From NCBI GenBank assembly GCA_963711835.1, contig CAVQFQ010000017.1, positions 64,001 to 128,000 on the forward strand: a stretch of DNA of 64,000 bases, written 5' to 3'. How positions within the stretch are numbered: the first letter of the stretch is position 1; the number at the start of each line of letters is the position of its first letter. Shown in pieces: positions 29,655-39,795 of the stretch. Below the pieces are notes generated by a model. That model saw nothing but the letters and a program-made list of their open reading frames with translations. It did not search any database and had not been told where the DNA came from. The position numbers and the translations under genes are program-made. The stretch comes from an uncultured delta proteobacterium. GTDB lineage: Bacteria; Desulfobacterota; RBG-13-43-22.

Positions 29655-30753
29655 TTTCAAACGACGCTCCTGGGAAAATCTGCACGACGGCTCTCGAGAC
29701 GGCCTGACACCTTTAAAGAGTCTTGATATTAAGGAGGCCCATGATTTTCAGACCCTCCTGGAGGGCATGTCTCAAACCGCCTTCGGCGGCCGGGCATTAG
29801 GGGAAGCCCAGGAAGTCCTTTTTGAAATGGTTCAGGATCCTGATTGTCTGGTCGTCGGCACCTTTTCCGGGGCCATGTCCGTAGCTAAAATGGGTTTATT
29901 GATCTGTGACATGCTGGATTGGGGATGGCTTGATATGGTTATTTCGACCGGGGCCCTCATGGCCCACGGCCTGATTGAATCCGTAGGGTTGGCCCACTAT
30001 AAATACCCCCCGGCCAAGTCGGATGGCGAGTTATATGAAATGGGATATAATCGGATCTATGATACCCTGGAGATGGAAAAAAACCTCAATCACATCGAAG
30101 AAGTCATCAGCCGGGTCCTGGACCGTTTTGATGCCCGATCCCCTCTTTCCTCTGAAATTTTTTGCCGGGAGGTAGGGCGCTATCTGAGTGAAATTACCGA
30201 TCAACCGGGTATCCTCAGGAATGCCTATCTAAAGGGGATACCGGTCTATATCCCGGCCTTTACCGATTCGGAACTGGGTCTGGATGTGGCCACCTGGTCG
30301 ATCCGGCGGGCCCTGGAGACCCGTCAGGTTTCGAACCTCATGGAAGGCCTGACCCAACTGCCCCTCTCTTTCAATCCTTTTTTAGATCTGGGTTCTTATA
30401 CCCAACGGATTATCCGGGCTTCCAAAATCGGTATCTTTACGGTTGGAGGAGGGGTCCCGCGAAATTGGGGCCAACAGGTAGGTCCTTTCCTGGAAGTGCT
30501 CCAGTATCGCTTAAAGGAAGAAATTCCTTTAAAACGTTTTTCTTTTGGAGTCCGCTTGTGTCCTGAACCGGTCCACTGGGGAGGTCTCAGCGGCTGTACG
30601 TATTCGGAAGGAGTATCCTGGGGGAAATTTGTCCCTCCCGAGGAGGGGGGCCGCTATGCCGAGGTCCTGTGTGATGCCACGATTGCCTGGCCGATTTTAA
30701 TGGCCGGGGTTAGACAAAAGATCCTCAAAGCAAAGAAGGGATCTGCTGCATGA
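29647..30753 (+). CDS. Deoxyhypusine synthase-like protein (probable homospermidine synthase)
   Basis: NRIYD, PAFTDSELG, GGGVPRNW, GGLSGCT.SE.VSWGK (active-site Lys), DATI..P. Confidence 0.88.
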   Translation: MSNFKRRSWENLHDGSRDGLTPLKSLDIKEAHDFQTLLEGMSQTAFGGRALGEAQEVLFEMVQDPDCLVVGTFSGAMSVAKMGLLICDMLDWGWLDMVISTGALMAHGLIESVGLAHYKYPPAKSDGELYEMGYNRIYDTLEMEKNLNHIEEVISRVLDRFDARSPLSSEIFCREVGRYLSEITDQPGILRNAYLKGIPVYIPAFTDSELGLDVATWSIRRALETRQVSNLMEGLTQLPLSFNPFLDLGSYTQRIIRASKIGIFTVGGGVPRNWGQQVGPFLEVLQYRLKEEIPLKRFSFGVRLCPEPVHWGGLSGCTYSEGVSWGKFVPPEEGGRYAEVLCDATIAWPILMAGVRQKILKAKKGSAA

Positions 30754-31022
30754 ACCCAAATAAGAAAAGATTTTTTTTCTTGTTGAGCTGCCTGCTGATT
30801 TGGGCCTTTCTTTTCCCGGAAGCCTGGGGAGCCGAACTGGAACAGATTGAAGGGAAAATAACCCAAATCAATGAACAGCAAGGGACCATTACCATCAATG
30901 GGGTGGTTCTGGATGCCTCCGATTTTGAACTGGGAGACCTTAAGGTCGGCTATTGGGTAATGGGTGAATTTATTAGAGAAAAAAACAAATTGCGCCTGAT
31001 TGACCTGGAAGTAATTAAGTAA
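30750..31022 (+). CDS. Small exported OB-fold-like protein (DUF5666-like)
   Basis: Signal peptide followed by EG.I..I.....ITING and L.VG..V. Confidence 0.6.
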   Translation: MNPNKKRFFFLLSCLLIWAFLFPEAWGAELEQIEGKITQINEQQGTITINGVVLDASDFELGDLKVGYWVMGEFIREKNKLRLIDLEVIK

Positions 31023-31030
31023 AAATTATC

Positions 31031-31059
31031 TTGACATGGCTTTTTAGATAGCCTATTAT
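31031..31059 (+). promoter_or_regulatory. Sigma70 promoter
   Basis: TTGACA-17 bp-TATTAT. Confidence 0.65.
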
Positions 31060-31178
31060 TCCATGTTAAACAAGGCTTTACTGTTCCTATCTCCTTGAAA
31101 AAAGGTTGATTTTCGGATTAGTGGCCTTTTCTTTTTAAAATAAGACATGCTTTTTAATTTAAGTAAAGGAGGTGAATC

Positions 31179-31391
31179 ATGATGCGGAAATTAATTGCTT
31201 TGGTGCTTGCAGTAATGTTGCTGGTAGTCTTCTCTTTTGCTTTGGGTTGTAAGAAAAAGGAAGAGGCTCCTCCGGCCCCGCCTGCAGCCGAACAAAAAGC
31301 TCCTGAACCAGCTCCGGCCCCGGCGGCAGGAGGTGAGCAGAAGGCTCCTGAAGCAGCCCCGGCCCCGGCCCCGGCTCCAGAAAAAAAATAG
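31179..31391 (+). CDS. Pro/Ala-rich small lipoprotein
   Basis: AAGGAGGTGA RBS; signal peptide with ALG-C lipobox; EQKAPE repeated twice. Confidence 0.8.
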   Translation: MMRKLIALVLAVMLLVVFSFALGCKKKEEAPPAPPAAEQKAPEPAPAPAAGGEQKAPEAAPAPAPAPEKK

Positions 31392-31422
31392 TTTCTTATT
31401 TAAACATTGGACCTTTGCTCAA

Positions 31423-31457
31423 GGGGACAGTTTTATGAAGCTTATGAAACTGTCCCC
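31423..31457. terminator. Hairpin between convergent genes
   Basis: GGGGACAGTTTTAT-GAAGCTT-ATGAAACTGTCCCC. Confidence 0.6.
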
Positions 31458-32725
31458 TATTTTTTTGCCCTTGCCCCTTCCTCCTTGGTCATTAATTCCG
31501 CCCAGTGTTTGACCAGCACTTTTTTCCCGCTCCTCAAGACCCCTTCCTTGAATTGCATGAGGCAGGCCATACAAGAGGTGGTGATGCCGTCAATTCCCGG
31601 CTGGTCGAAAGCGCCGGAGGTTCGTTCCAAGATTTTTTTGGACAGCTCTGGATGGCTCAGATGAAAAAGGCCGCCGTGCCCGCAGCACTGCTGAACTTCC
31701 GGTTCAATCAAAGCCAGACCGGGCCTGGAGGCCAGAAGCATCCGCGGTTCCCCGGCAAGGTGAAGCTTTCTTTTGGCGTGGCAGGGGTCATGGAAAAGAA
31801 CTCGTAAAACCTTTTCTTGTCCCGGATCTGCTGCTTTTCTCTCGTAATCGAATCCCTTTTTAGGTGAAACCAGAAATTGACTCAATTCCTGGACCTTCCG
31901 TGTAAAATCAGGTCCCTCATCCCGGACGGTCGGCTCTCCTGCCAGCAATTGAGGATAGGTCAATTTCAAATGAGCGGCACAAGAGGAACAGGAGACCACC
32001 ACCGCCTCCACCCTCTCTTTCTTGAAGGCCAGAATGTTTTGGCGGGCCAGTTCCCGGGCGGTTTTAATATCCCCAAGGGCAAAAGCTGGAAGGCCGCAGC
32101 AGGTCTGGTTTTGAGGAATAACGACCTCTCCCAGGGGGCCCAACAACTTATTGGTGGCCTCGCCTATTTCCGGATAAAGATAGTTGGTCATACAGCCCAC
32201 GAAATAACCGATTCGACGGGAAGGGGTTCGGGGCCTGGGGGCCGCTGGGGCCTTCCGGTCCAGGAAAAAAGGGTCAGCCAGCTCCGGCCAGATCCTGGAG
32301 TCCTTAAAAAAACGAAGCCTTACTCCTCTCTCTTCCGGAATTTTTTTAAATAAAAGGTGTTGCCCTTTAGAAAGCTTTTGGATGCGTTCCGGATGGGGCA
32401 GGAGTTGACCGGCCAGGAATTTCTTCCATTGGGCGGCCCCCGTCTTTTCGAGGAAGAGGCTGCGCCCCTTTTGGATCAGTTCATCGGCGGCCACCCCGTT
32501 GGGGCAGTTCTCGGCACAGGCCCCGCAAAGCAGGCAGTTGCTGAGGAGATCATAGATCTCTTGGTCGCCCGGGAGAAGACCCGAGAGATAATCGGAAAGC
32601 AGGGAGAGTTTCCCCCGGGCCGCCAGGGGTTCCCGGCCTGTTTCCCGATAAACAGGGCAGACCGAGAGACAGCTTCCGCACTTAACGCATTGGGAAACCT
32701 CTTTTTTCCATTGCTGTTCATCCAT
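31457..32725 (-). CDS. GlcF-like Fe-S oxidoreductase (2x[4Fe-4S] plus 2 CCG domains)
   Basis: CVKCGSCLSVCP, CLLCGACAENCP, TCCG, HDPCH, QCCG. Confidence 0.9.
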   Translation of the reverse strand: MDEQQWKKEVSQCVKCGSCLSVCPVYRETGREPLAARGKLSLLSDYLSGLLPGDQEIYDLLSNCLLCGACAENCPNGVAADELIQKGRSLFLEKTGAAQWKKFLAGQLLPHPERIQKLSKGQHLLFKKIPEERGVRLRFFKDSRIWPELADPFFLDRKAPAAPRPRTPSRRIGYFVGCMTNYLYPEIGEATNKLLGPLGEVVIPQNQTCCGLPAFALGDIKTARELARQNILAFKKERVEAVVVSCSSCAAHLKLTYPQLLAGEPTVRDEGPDFTRKVQELSQFLVSPKKGFDYERKAADPGQEKVLRVLFHDPCHAKRKLHLAGEPRMLLASRPGLALIEPEVQQCCGHGGLFHLSHPELSKKILERTSGAFDQPGIDGITTSCMACLMQFKEGVLRSGKKVLVKHWAELMTKEEGARAKK

Positions 32726-32767
32726 GGGGCGTTTGGTTGATCATCCTTTAAAATAAAATTAGAGTTT

Positions 32768-33087
32768 GTCCCAAAGTTACGTGATTTTTAAGCACTCCAT
32801 TCGTCGAGGGCTTCGGGGGTCTTGATTTCAAGGTTGTCCGAAAGGTTATCCATAGCCCCAACCCGGCCTGAATTTCTAAGTTGGTTGGGAGCCGGGCATT
32901 CACCCAAAACGATAAATAGCTTTGGTGTTGGCCTGTTTCTAAACCCCATTATAAACTTCCTGCCCGGGTTCAGGCTGCCGGCGTTTTGGCGGACAATCCT
33001 TGAAATCAAGACCCCTGAAGCCCTTTGGGGTGATTCAAGATTTTAAGAGGCTACTCCTTCGGTTTGAGAATCACGTAACTTTGGGAC
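32768..33087. mobile_element. Nested palindromic element, copy A
   Basis: Outer 19-bp perfect IR GTCCCAAAGTTACGTGATT; inner IR spanning 32807-33024; core nearly identical to the reverse complement of copy C. Confidence 0.85.
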
Positions 33088-33402
33088 TATCCCCGAAATT
33101 ATCACGCCCTTAAAAAATAATCAAATCCTCCCCGTTAACTTATGGATCCTCTCCAAATTAGTTGGCTATGATCCAGGATTCAAGGAGTTCCCTTGGCCCC
33201 TTTCTCCCGACTTGTTGGGAGAAGAACCAAAATGTTCTTCTTTGCGTACTTGGCCTCTTTGCGGTGAAGGGAGCCGTTATTCGATCTGATTGGGTGAACT
33301 TGGTCGGTATTTTTTTCGCCAAGAATTCTATTGACGACGGCAACACGTTTATACTATCTCAACAGGTAAGAGACCCTGATCCGAAGGTAAAGGAGGACCC
33401 CC

Positions 33403-35208
33403 TTGGCCGAAAAATTCGTCAGCGAACGCAACTTGAAATTCATGCTTTACGAGGTCTTCAAGGTCGAAACCCTGACTCAATATGCCGTTTATTCGGAACA
33501 CCAGCGGGAGGTGTTTGATCTGGTCCTGGAGACGGCCCTGAAATTGGGCCGGGACCTGCTCCGGCCGGCTCTCATGGAAATGGACCAGAAACCTCCCCGG
33601 TTCATCGACGGTGAAGTCAGGGTTCACCCCCTGGTCAGAACCTGGATGCGTGCCTGCGGGGAAGGGGGTTGGATCGCAGCCAATGCCCCTTTTGAGCTGG
33701 GCGGCCAGCAACTGCCGCTCCTGATCACCGGGGCCTGCCGATTTATTTTTGCCGCGGCCAATTATTCGGCCAGTGTCTATCCCATGCTGACCAGCGGGGC
33801 AGCCCATTTGATCGAATCCTTCGGCTCCGAAGAACAGAAGGAAATCTACCTGCCCAGGATGTTCGCCGGGGAATGGCAGGGGACCATGGCCCTGACCGAA
33901 CCGCAGGCCGGAAGCTCTCTGACGGACATTAAAACCATCGCCGAACCCACGGATAAGGGCTATTACCTGCTGCGGGGGCAAAAGATCTTTATTTCGGCCA
34001 GCGACCATGACGGTGTGGATAATATCGTCAACCTGCTCCTGGCCCGGATTAAGGGAGCTCCGGCCGGGGTTAAGGGAATCTCCCTGTTCGTGGTGCCTAA
34101 GTTCCGGCCTGAGGCGGATCGGCCGCCGGTCCGGAATGATATCCTGGTGGCCGGCACCTACCACAAGCTCGGCTACCGGGGCTCTCCCATCTGCCAGTTA
34201 AGCCTGGGTGAGAACAACGACTGCCGGGGCACCCTGGTCGGTGAACCCCATAAAGGGCTGGCCTACATGTTTCAGATGATGAATGAGGCCCGGATCGATG
34301 TGGGCCTGAGTGCCGCCGCCATCGCCTCGGCGGCCTATTATGCCTCACTCCAATACACCCGGGAGCGGCCTCAGGGCCGGAGGCTTTCGGCCAAGGACCC
34401 CGCCCTGCCGCCGGTTCCGATCATCGAGCACCCGGACGTGAAAAGGATGCTCCTTTTCCAACGGGCCGTAGTGGAGGGGTCGCTCTCATTGCTGCTCCAT
34501 TGCAGCCTTTTGGCCGATCGGGGCCGGGTCTTAACCGGGGAGGAGAAGGAAGATAACGCGCTCCTGCTCGATCTGCTGACGCCCGTGGCCAAAACCTACC
34601 CCTCCGAAATGGGCATCCTGTCCGTAAGCCAGGGATTGCAGTGTTTAGGCGGATACGGTTATTGCGATGAGTTTCCCTTGGAGCTTTTTTACCGCGATGC
34701 CCGTATCCATCCCATCCACGAAGGGACCACCGGGATTCACGGCCTGGATCTCCTGGGCCGCAAGGTAATCCTGAAAGGGGGAAAGGCCTTTAAGCTCTTT
34801 CTTGGAGAAGTGCAGGACGTTATACAAGAAGCGGGAAAAGATCAGACCCTCCGGCCCTATGCCGGGAGATTAGAAGAGGCCATCCGGATATTGGAACAGA
34901 CCACGGCTCATCTCCTTCAGTTGGCCGGGGAAGGGAAGACCGAACTCTTCCTGGCCGATGCCACCCTCTATCTGGAACTATTCGGGATCATCGCTGTGGC
35001 CTGGCAGTGGTTGCTGCAGGCCCTGGTCATCCGGAAAGCCTTGGCTTCCGAACGGACCGAACCGGAGAGACTATTCTACGAGGGCAAATTCCAGACCTGC
35101 CGTTTTTTCTATCATTACGAATTGCCCAAGATCCGGGGATTAAGCCAGCGTCTTCTGGAAAGCGACGGCCTGACCGTTTCCATGGCCGAACCTTTTTTCA
35201 CCGATTAA
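33403..35208 (+). CDS. Acyl-CoA dehydrogenase (long, ~600-aa type)
   Basis: MALTEPQAGS, GQKIFIS, KGISLF.VPK, MFQMMNEAR, GGYGY, PIHEGTTGI. Confidence 0.93.
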   Translation: MAEKFVSERNLKFMLYEVFKVETLTQYAVYSEHQREVFDLVLETALKLGRDLLRPALMEMDQKPPRFIDGEVRVHPLVRTWMRACGEGGWIAANAPFELGGQQLPLLITGACRFIFAAANYSASVYPMLTSGAAHLIESFGSEEQKEIYLPRMFAGEWQGTMALTEPQAGSSLTDIKTIAEPTDKGYYLLRGQKIFISASDHDGVDNIVNLLLARIKGAPAGVKGISLFVVPKFRPEADRPPVRNDILVAGTYHKLGYRGSPICQLSLGENNDCRGTLVGEPHKGLAYMFQMMNEARIDVGLSAAAIASAAYYASLQYTRERPQGRRLSAKDPALPPVPIIEHPDVKRMLLFQRAVVEGSLSLLLHCSLLADRGRVLTGEEKEDNALLLDLLTPVAKTYPSEMGILSVSQGLQCLGGYGYCDEFPLELFYRDARIHPIHEGTTGIHGLDLLGRKVILKGGKAFKLFLGEVQDVIQEAGKDQTLRPYAGRLEEAIRILEQTTAHLLQLAGEGKTELFLADATLYLELFGIIAVAWQWLLQALVIRKALASERTEPERLFYEGKFQTCRFFYHYELPKIRGLSQRLLESDGLTVSMAEPFFTD

Positions 35209-35786
35209 GCGGAAGCGTCCCGGCCGCAAAAACAGGAGGGATGCTTGAAATGCTCTTGGGTATAGTAGTCCAAGAGCTTCCGGACCAGCCTTTTGGGATC
35301 GCGGTCATAGAGTATCTTGGATCCTGTTTTTTTTCGGATGACCCGGACCAGGTACGGAATTTCGTTGGTGATCCCCCCGGTACCGCGCAGAACGCCGATT
35401 AACTTTCCTTCATCATAGGCAATCGCAAATTCTCCCAGGGTCCCGGAACGTCCGCCGATAATGACAATGATATCGGATGTCCGGATGTTGACCACTTCCC
35501 GGCCCATGAGGCCGCTGCCGGTAAAAATCAAGACCTCATGAAAATCTGTAGGCGATTTGTACTTGCTTTCGTGTTCCCAGAGGCTCAACCCGGGGGAGAT
35601 GCCGACGACCAAACCCCCGCCCTCCTGGGCTCCCCGGGCCGCTTCATAGGGAAAGCCGGGGCAGGCCCCGGTCACGGTGATGCAGCCGGCTCCGGCGATA
35701 GCCCGGCCTAAATTATAGGCCGTATCTTTGTGCTGCCGGCTCATCCGGCTGTTGGAACTGCCCATAACCCCGATCTTTAATTTCAT
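35205..35786 (-). CDS. LOG/TIGR00725-like nucleotide-binding protein
   Basis: IGVMGS, TGACPG, GGRSGTLGEF. Confidence 0.8.
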   Translation of the reverse strand: MKLKIGVMGSSNSRMSRQHKDTAYNLGRAIAGAGCITVTGACPGFPYEAARGAQEGGGLVVGISPGLSLWEHESKYKSPTDFHEVLIFTGSGLMGREVVNIRTSDIIVIIGGRSGTLGEFAIAYDEGKLIGVLRGTGGITNEIPYLVRVIRKKTGSKILYDRDPKRLVRKLLDYYTQEHFKHPSCFCGRDASA

Positions 35787-36051
35787 GGCTCCTTCCCCTT
35801 TTGGAAAACTTAAAAAACAAGATACCCAACCCCCCAAACGATCAACAATGGAGAAAAATTTCAACTAGCTTTGGTTAGGTATTTATTCTTGACCGGTTCG
35901 AGCATAAGGGACACCTGGGGAAGGTTGCAAGATCTTTTTTAATCCCCGGTTACCGGAAGATGCGTTTACTTTTTTGCCGCTCTATCCTACTATGGCCGGA
36001 GCGAAAGCAGGGGCGGGCCAGAGGTTCGCCCGCAGATCGGAGGAGCAGGGC

Positions 36052-36927
36052 GTGCCGCAAGATCATACGTTCGAAGGCTTGGACGGAGCATTTCACTACC
36101 TGGACTGGGGCGGCACCGGCCCCTTAACCTACCTGGCCCAGGCCACCGGGTATTGTGCCGGCATGTATTCCCCTTTGGCGGAAAGGCTGCTCTCCCGGCT
36201 GCGGGTGGTGGGCCTGGACGACCGCGGCCATGGCCTGACCCAAGCCCCGGCCGATCCCCGGCGGCTGCAGAACTGGGATGTCTTTGTTCAGGATCTGGAA
36301 CATTTTCTGGATCATCTCAACCGGCCGGTCGTGGCTATCGGGCATTCCCGGGGCGGGGTAGTGAGTTTGCTCCTGGCGGTCAAACGACCGGATCTGATCC
36401 GGGGGCTTGTTTTGCTGGACCCTACTATACTGCCTTTCTCCTGGATGTGGTGGTGGTTTCTGGCCAAGAAAACAGGCCTGGCCCGACGGGTGCCCATTGC
36501 AGCCCGGGCCGCTGGAAGGAAAAAGGTTTGGCCGGATCGGGAAACGGTCCTTAGGGTCTACCGGGGGAAAGCCGGTTTTAAATCCTGGAAAGAAGGCTTC
36601 CTGGAAGGCTATGTGGAATATGGCTTGCGGCCTTCAGAGAACGGCGGGGTTCAATGGTGCTGTGATCCGGCCTGGGAAGCCCGATGTTTTGCCGTTTGTC
36701 CCCACGACGTCTGGCGTTATCTCCCCAGGATAAAATGCCCGACCCTGCTTCTCTACGGGGCTGACTCCGACACCTTCCTGCCGGCGGCGGCCAGGCGTTT
36801 TAAGCGTGTAGTCCCGGAAGCAACTATTAAAGCTTTTCCGGCCACCAGCCACTTTGTTCCCATGGAGCGTCCGGATGAAACCAAAGAGGCCATCTTTGAG
36901 TTCCTTGAAACCCACAACATAGTGTAG
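36052..36927 (+). CDS. Alpha/beta hydrolase
   Basis: D.RGHG, GHSRGG nucleophile elbow, SHFVPME; GGAGGA RBS before GTG. Confidence 0.88.
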   Translation: MPQDHTFEGLDGAFHYLDWGGTGPLTYLAQATGYCAGMYSPLAERLLSRLRVVGLDDRGHGLTQAPADPRRLQNWDVFVQDLEHFLDHLNRPVVAIGHSRGGVVSLLLAVKRPDLIRGLVLLDPTILPFSWMWWWFLAKKTGLARRVPIAARAAGRKKVWPDRETVLRVYRGKAGFKSWKEGFLEGYVEYGLRPSENGGVQWCCDPAWEARCFAVCPHDVWRYLPRIKCPTLLLYGADSDTFLPAAARRFKRVVPEATIKAFPATSHFVPMERPDETKEAIFEFLETHNIV

Positions 36928-37171
36928 AACGGTTAATGAGGACATCCTATAAGGTCCCTGTCAAGAGAAAAAGGAATTGACGGAAAAGAGACAATGAAAT
37001 AATTTGCTTGAATAAAAGAATGGCTGATCACGGACCTGCGATAGAACCGTTTAAGGTAGCAAAGCCCGAGTGGAAGAATTCTTGGGGATCGCATAAACCA
37101 GGTCCCGGCCCCCAAGACAGTGCAATAATACGCCAGGGCTATAACTTCTGAACCGTTAAAAGGAATAGGCC

Positions 37172-39067
37172 ATGGAAGAAATGGTTAGAATTCAAAATCT
37201 CTCGGACATCGAAGCCCTGGAAAAGATCCCTCTCCGGGAACGCATTCAGGAAAGGACGACCTATGCCCTTCTGGAAAAGGGGGCCGGCATCAATCCCCAG
37301 GCCGCAGCCCTGACTTTCCTCAGGAGCGGGGAGGCCTACCAGGATCCGGTCCAGACCACCTACCGGGAGTTCATGGGCAAGATCCGGCAGACGGCCAATC
37401 TGTTTCATGATTTAGGCCTCGGGCCCCGGGATGTGGTCACCTATCTCCTGCCCAATCTGCCGCAGACCCATTTCGTCCTCTGGGGCGCTGAGGCGGCCGG
37501 CATCGCCAATCCCATCAATCCCATGCTGGAGGCGGCCACCATCCGGGACATCTGCCGGGCCGCCGGGACCAAGATCCTGGTCGCCTTGGGTCCGGTTCCC
37601 GGTTCGGATATCTGGGCCAAAGTGGAGGCCATCCGCAAAGAAATCCCTTCCCTGAACCAGGTGGTGCAAGTCATGGGCCCCGGAGAAGAGGCCGAAGGGA
37701 TCATCGGCTATGAGGAAAGTTTAAAGGGCTATTCCATGGAATCGCTGACCTTCAAGCGGGTCATTGACCCCGAAGACATCGCCTCCCTGTATCATACCGG
37801 CGGGACCACCGGTCGTCCCAAACTGGCCCGGCGGAGCCATTTTAACGAGGCCGTTCTGGCCTGGGATCTCCGCATCGGCATCGGATTACAGCCGGGGGAG
37901 GCCGTTATGTGCGGGCTGCCCTTGTTCCACTGCAACGGGACCTGCGTCACCGGCCTGTCTCCTTTTTCCATCGGAGCTCAGGTGGTGCTCCTCTCGCCGT
38001 CCGGGTATCGGGACCCGGCGATCATCAAAAATTTTTACCGGATCGTGGAACGCTATCGGCCGGTCTTTTTTTCCTGTGTCCCGACGGTCCTTTCCGTCCT
38101 CCTGGACACCCCGGTGGGAGGCGCCGATATCTCGTCGCTGCGCTATGTGGTTTGCGGAGCCGCTCCCTTGAGCGTAGAACTCTTTCGCCGATTTGAAGAG
38201 CATTCCGGCATGAAGATCCTCGAAGGCTATGGTTTGACCGAATCCACCTGCGCCTCGGCCGTCAACCCCAAGGACGGAGAGCGGAAAGTGGGCAGCATCG
38301 GATTGCGGATGCCCTACCAGCAGATGAAGATCGCTATCCTGGACCAGGAAGGCAACTATGTCCGGGATGCCCGACAGGGGGAAATCGGGCTGGTCTGCAT
38401 CAAAGGGCCGACCATCTTTCAGGGCTATGTGGAAGAGATCCATAACCAGGGCATCTGGCTCCCGGAGGGATGGTTCAATACCGGAGACTTGGGCCGGCAG
38501 GATGAAGACGGCTTTTTCTGGCTGACCGGAAGGAAGAAGGACTTGATTATCCGGGGCGGCCATAATATCGATCCGGCCGCGATTGAGGAACCGCTTTACA
38601 AGATGGAAGGCATTAAGATGGTCGCCGCAGTCGGCCGGCCCGATCCCCATGCCGGAGAAGTTCCGGTGGCTTATGTGGAGACCGCGGAAGGGGCCTCTCT
38701 CAGCCGGGAAGCGATCATGGAATGGGCCCGCCGGCATATCGGTGAAAAGGCGGCCCTGCCCAAGGATATCTTTATCGTCGACCGGATTCCCTTGACCGCC
38801 GTCGGCAAAATCTTCAAGCCTTCCCTGCGCTGGGATGCCATCCGGCGGGTCTACGAGCAGGAACTGGCGGCCCTGGGCCCTCTGGCGACTGCCGTAGAAG
38901 TCGTCGTGGGAGAGGATAAAGTCCAGGGCACCGCAGCTTTCATTCGGATCGAACCGGCTGCCGGAACGAACCGGGATACCCTGGAGAAACGGGTTGCAGA
39001 AATCCTGGCTCGCTATACCGTCCATTATCAGGTGAGCTTCGAGGGCAAGGCGACGGGGCCGGCTTAG
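37172..39067 (+). CDS. AMP-forming acyl-CoA synthetase
   Basis: HTGGTTGRPK, GYGLTE, TGDLG, PLTAVGK. Confidence 0.92.
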   Translation: MEEMVRIQNLSDIEALEKIPLRERIQERTTYALLEKGAGINPQAAALTFLRSGEAYQDPVQTTYREFMGKIRQTANLFHDLGLGPRDVVTYLLPNLPQTHFVLWGAEAAGIANPINPMLEAATIRDICRAAGTKILVALGPVPGSDIWAKVEAIRKEIPSLNQVVQVMGPGEEAEGIIGYEESLKGYSMESLTFKRVIDPEDIASLYHTGGTTGRPKLARRSHFNEAVLAWDLRIGIGLQPGEAVMCGLPLFHCNGTCVTGLSPFSIGAQVVLLSPSGYRDPAIIKNFYRIVERYRPVFFSCVPTVLSVLLDTPVGGADISSLRYVVCGAAPLSVELFRRFEEHSGMKILEGYGLTESTCASAVNPKDGERKVGSIGLRMPYQQMKIAILDQEGNYVRDARQGEIGLVCIKGPTIFQGYVEEIHNQGIWLPEGWFNTGDLGRQDEDGFFWLTGRKKDLIIRGGHNIDPAAIEEPLYKMEGIKMVAAVGRPDPHAGEVPVAYVETAEGASLSREAIMEWARRHIGEKAALPKDIFIVDRIPLTAVGKIFKPSLRWDAIRRVYEQELAALGPLATAVEVVVGEDKVQGTAAFIRIEPAAGTNRDTLEKRVAEILARYTVHYQVSFEGKATGPA

Positions 39068-39136
39068 ATTTTATTACGACCTGTTCCCGGCAGGCGCCTG
39101 ACTCCAGACAGAGCCGGGGATTTGCCAAAAGAAATC

Positions 39137-39203
39137 AGTATCGTTCAAAAGTCAGGGCACTGGCGCATTATTGCTGGACTAGGGGACCGGGGGTTCCGAA
39201 CGA
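39137..39203. mobile_element. Internally deleted copy (E) of the nested palindromic element
   Basis: AGTATCGTTCAAAAGT...GGCGCATTATTG..GACT.GGGACCGGGGGT matches the left shell of copy B; closes with GAACGA. Confidence 0.7.
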
Positions 39204-39470
39204 CTATCTTCCCCGGAATCCCCGCCGGACGACGGCCTCCTTGACCAACAACTTGTTTCCCTTGAACTCGGTTTGGTTGAGCGACGAGATGGCCCTGCGG
39301 GCCTCCCACTGGGTGGACATCTCCACAAAGGCAAACCCCTTGGATTCCCCGGTCTGCCTGTCCCCGACAATCTTGACGGACATGACATCTCCGGCATTGG
39401 CGAAAAAGGCCTTTATCTCCTGCTCGCTGGTTTGAACGGGTAGATTGGCCACATAAATTTTTTTATTCAT
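39204..39470 (-). CDS. RRM-domain RNA-binding protein
   Basis: RNP2 IYVANL, RNP1 KGFAFVEM. Confidence 0.93.
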   Translation of the reverse strand: MNKKIYVANLPVQTSEQEIKAFFANAGDVMSVKIVGDRQTGESKGFAFVEMSTQWEARRAISSLNQTEFKGNKLLVKEAVVRRGFRGR

Positions 39471-39714
39471 TATCCCTCCTTAGTGAGTAAGTTTAAGAAC
39501 CACCCCTTTGGGGATCAATAACCCCTTGGCCTTCCTGAGACAGACCCCATTTTCCGCCCAACAAGGGCGGCCCGTTTTCCCTTGAGCGGAGTCAGCCCCT
39601 AACTTCGTCGACGTCTCTGCCTGGTTATAAAAAAACCCGCTGAAGAAGTTGGCTAGAGTTCTTTGCGGGCCCGATAAACAAGTAAAAAATGGCTCTCGGC
39701 AACTAATTCCTTTC

Positions 39715-39743
39715 ATTCTATCTGTTCTTAAACCTAAAAGCAA
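39715..39743 (-). promoter_or_regulatory. Sigma70 promoter for the RRM gene
   Basis: TTGCTT-17 bp-TAGAAT on the minus strand. Confidence 0.55.
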
Positions 39744-39766
39744 GAAGATCGAGCCCTGTTTTCTTC

Positions 39767-39795
39767 TTGACAATACTTTTGGCCTGGTGTATTTT
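39767..39795 (+). promoter_or_regulatory. Sigma70 promoter for the DEAD-box helicase
   Basis: TTGACA-17 bp-TATTTT. Confidence 0.6.

Noticed and set aside
31261-31380. Tandem GCTCCGGCCCCG-type repeats
   Set aside because: Explained by Pro/Ala codons of the small lipoprotein.
32788-33009. Peptide RPTPKLF..LGECPA.N.LRN.GR, open in the cores of elements A, B and C
   Set aside because: There is no shared start or RBS, and differences between A and C are mostly non-synonymous, so DNA-level repeat similarity explains it.
39161-39175. Sigma54-like TGGCGC..TTGCT
   Set aside because: GG-to-GC spacing is 9 nt rather than 10, and it lies inside repeat copy E.
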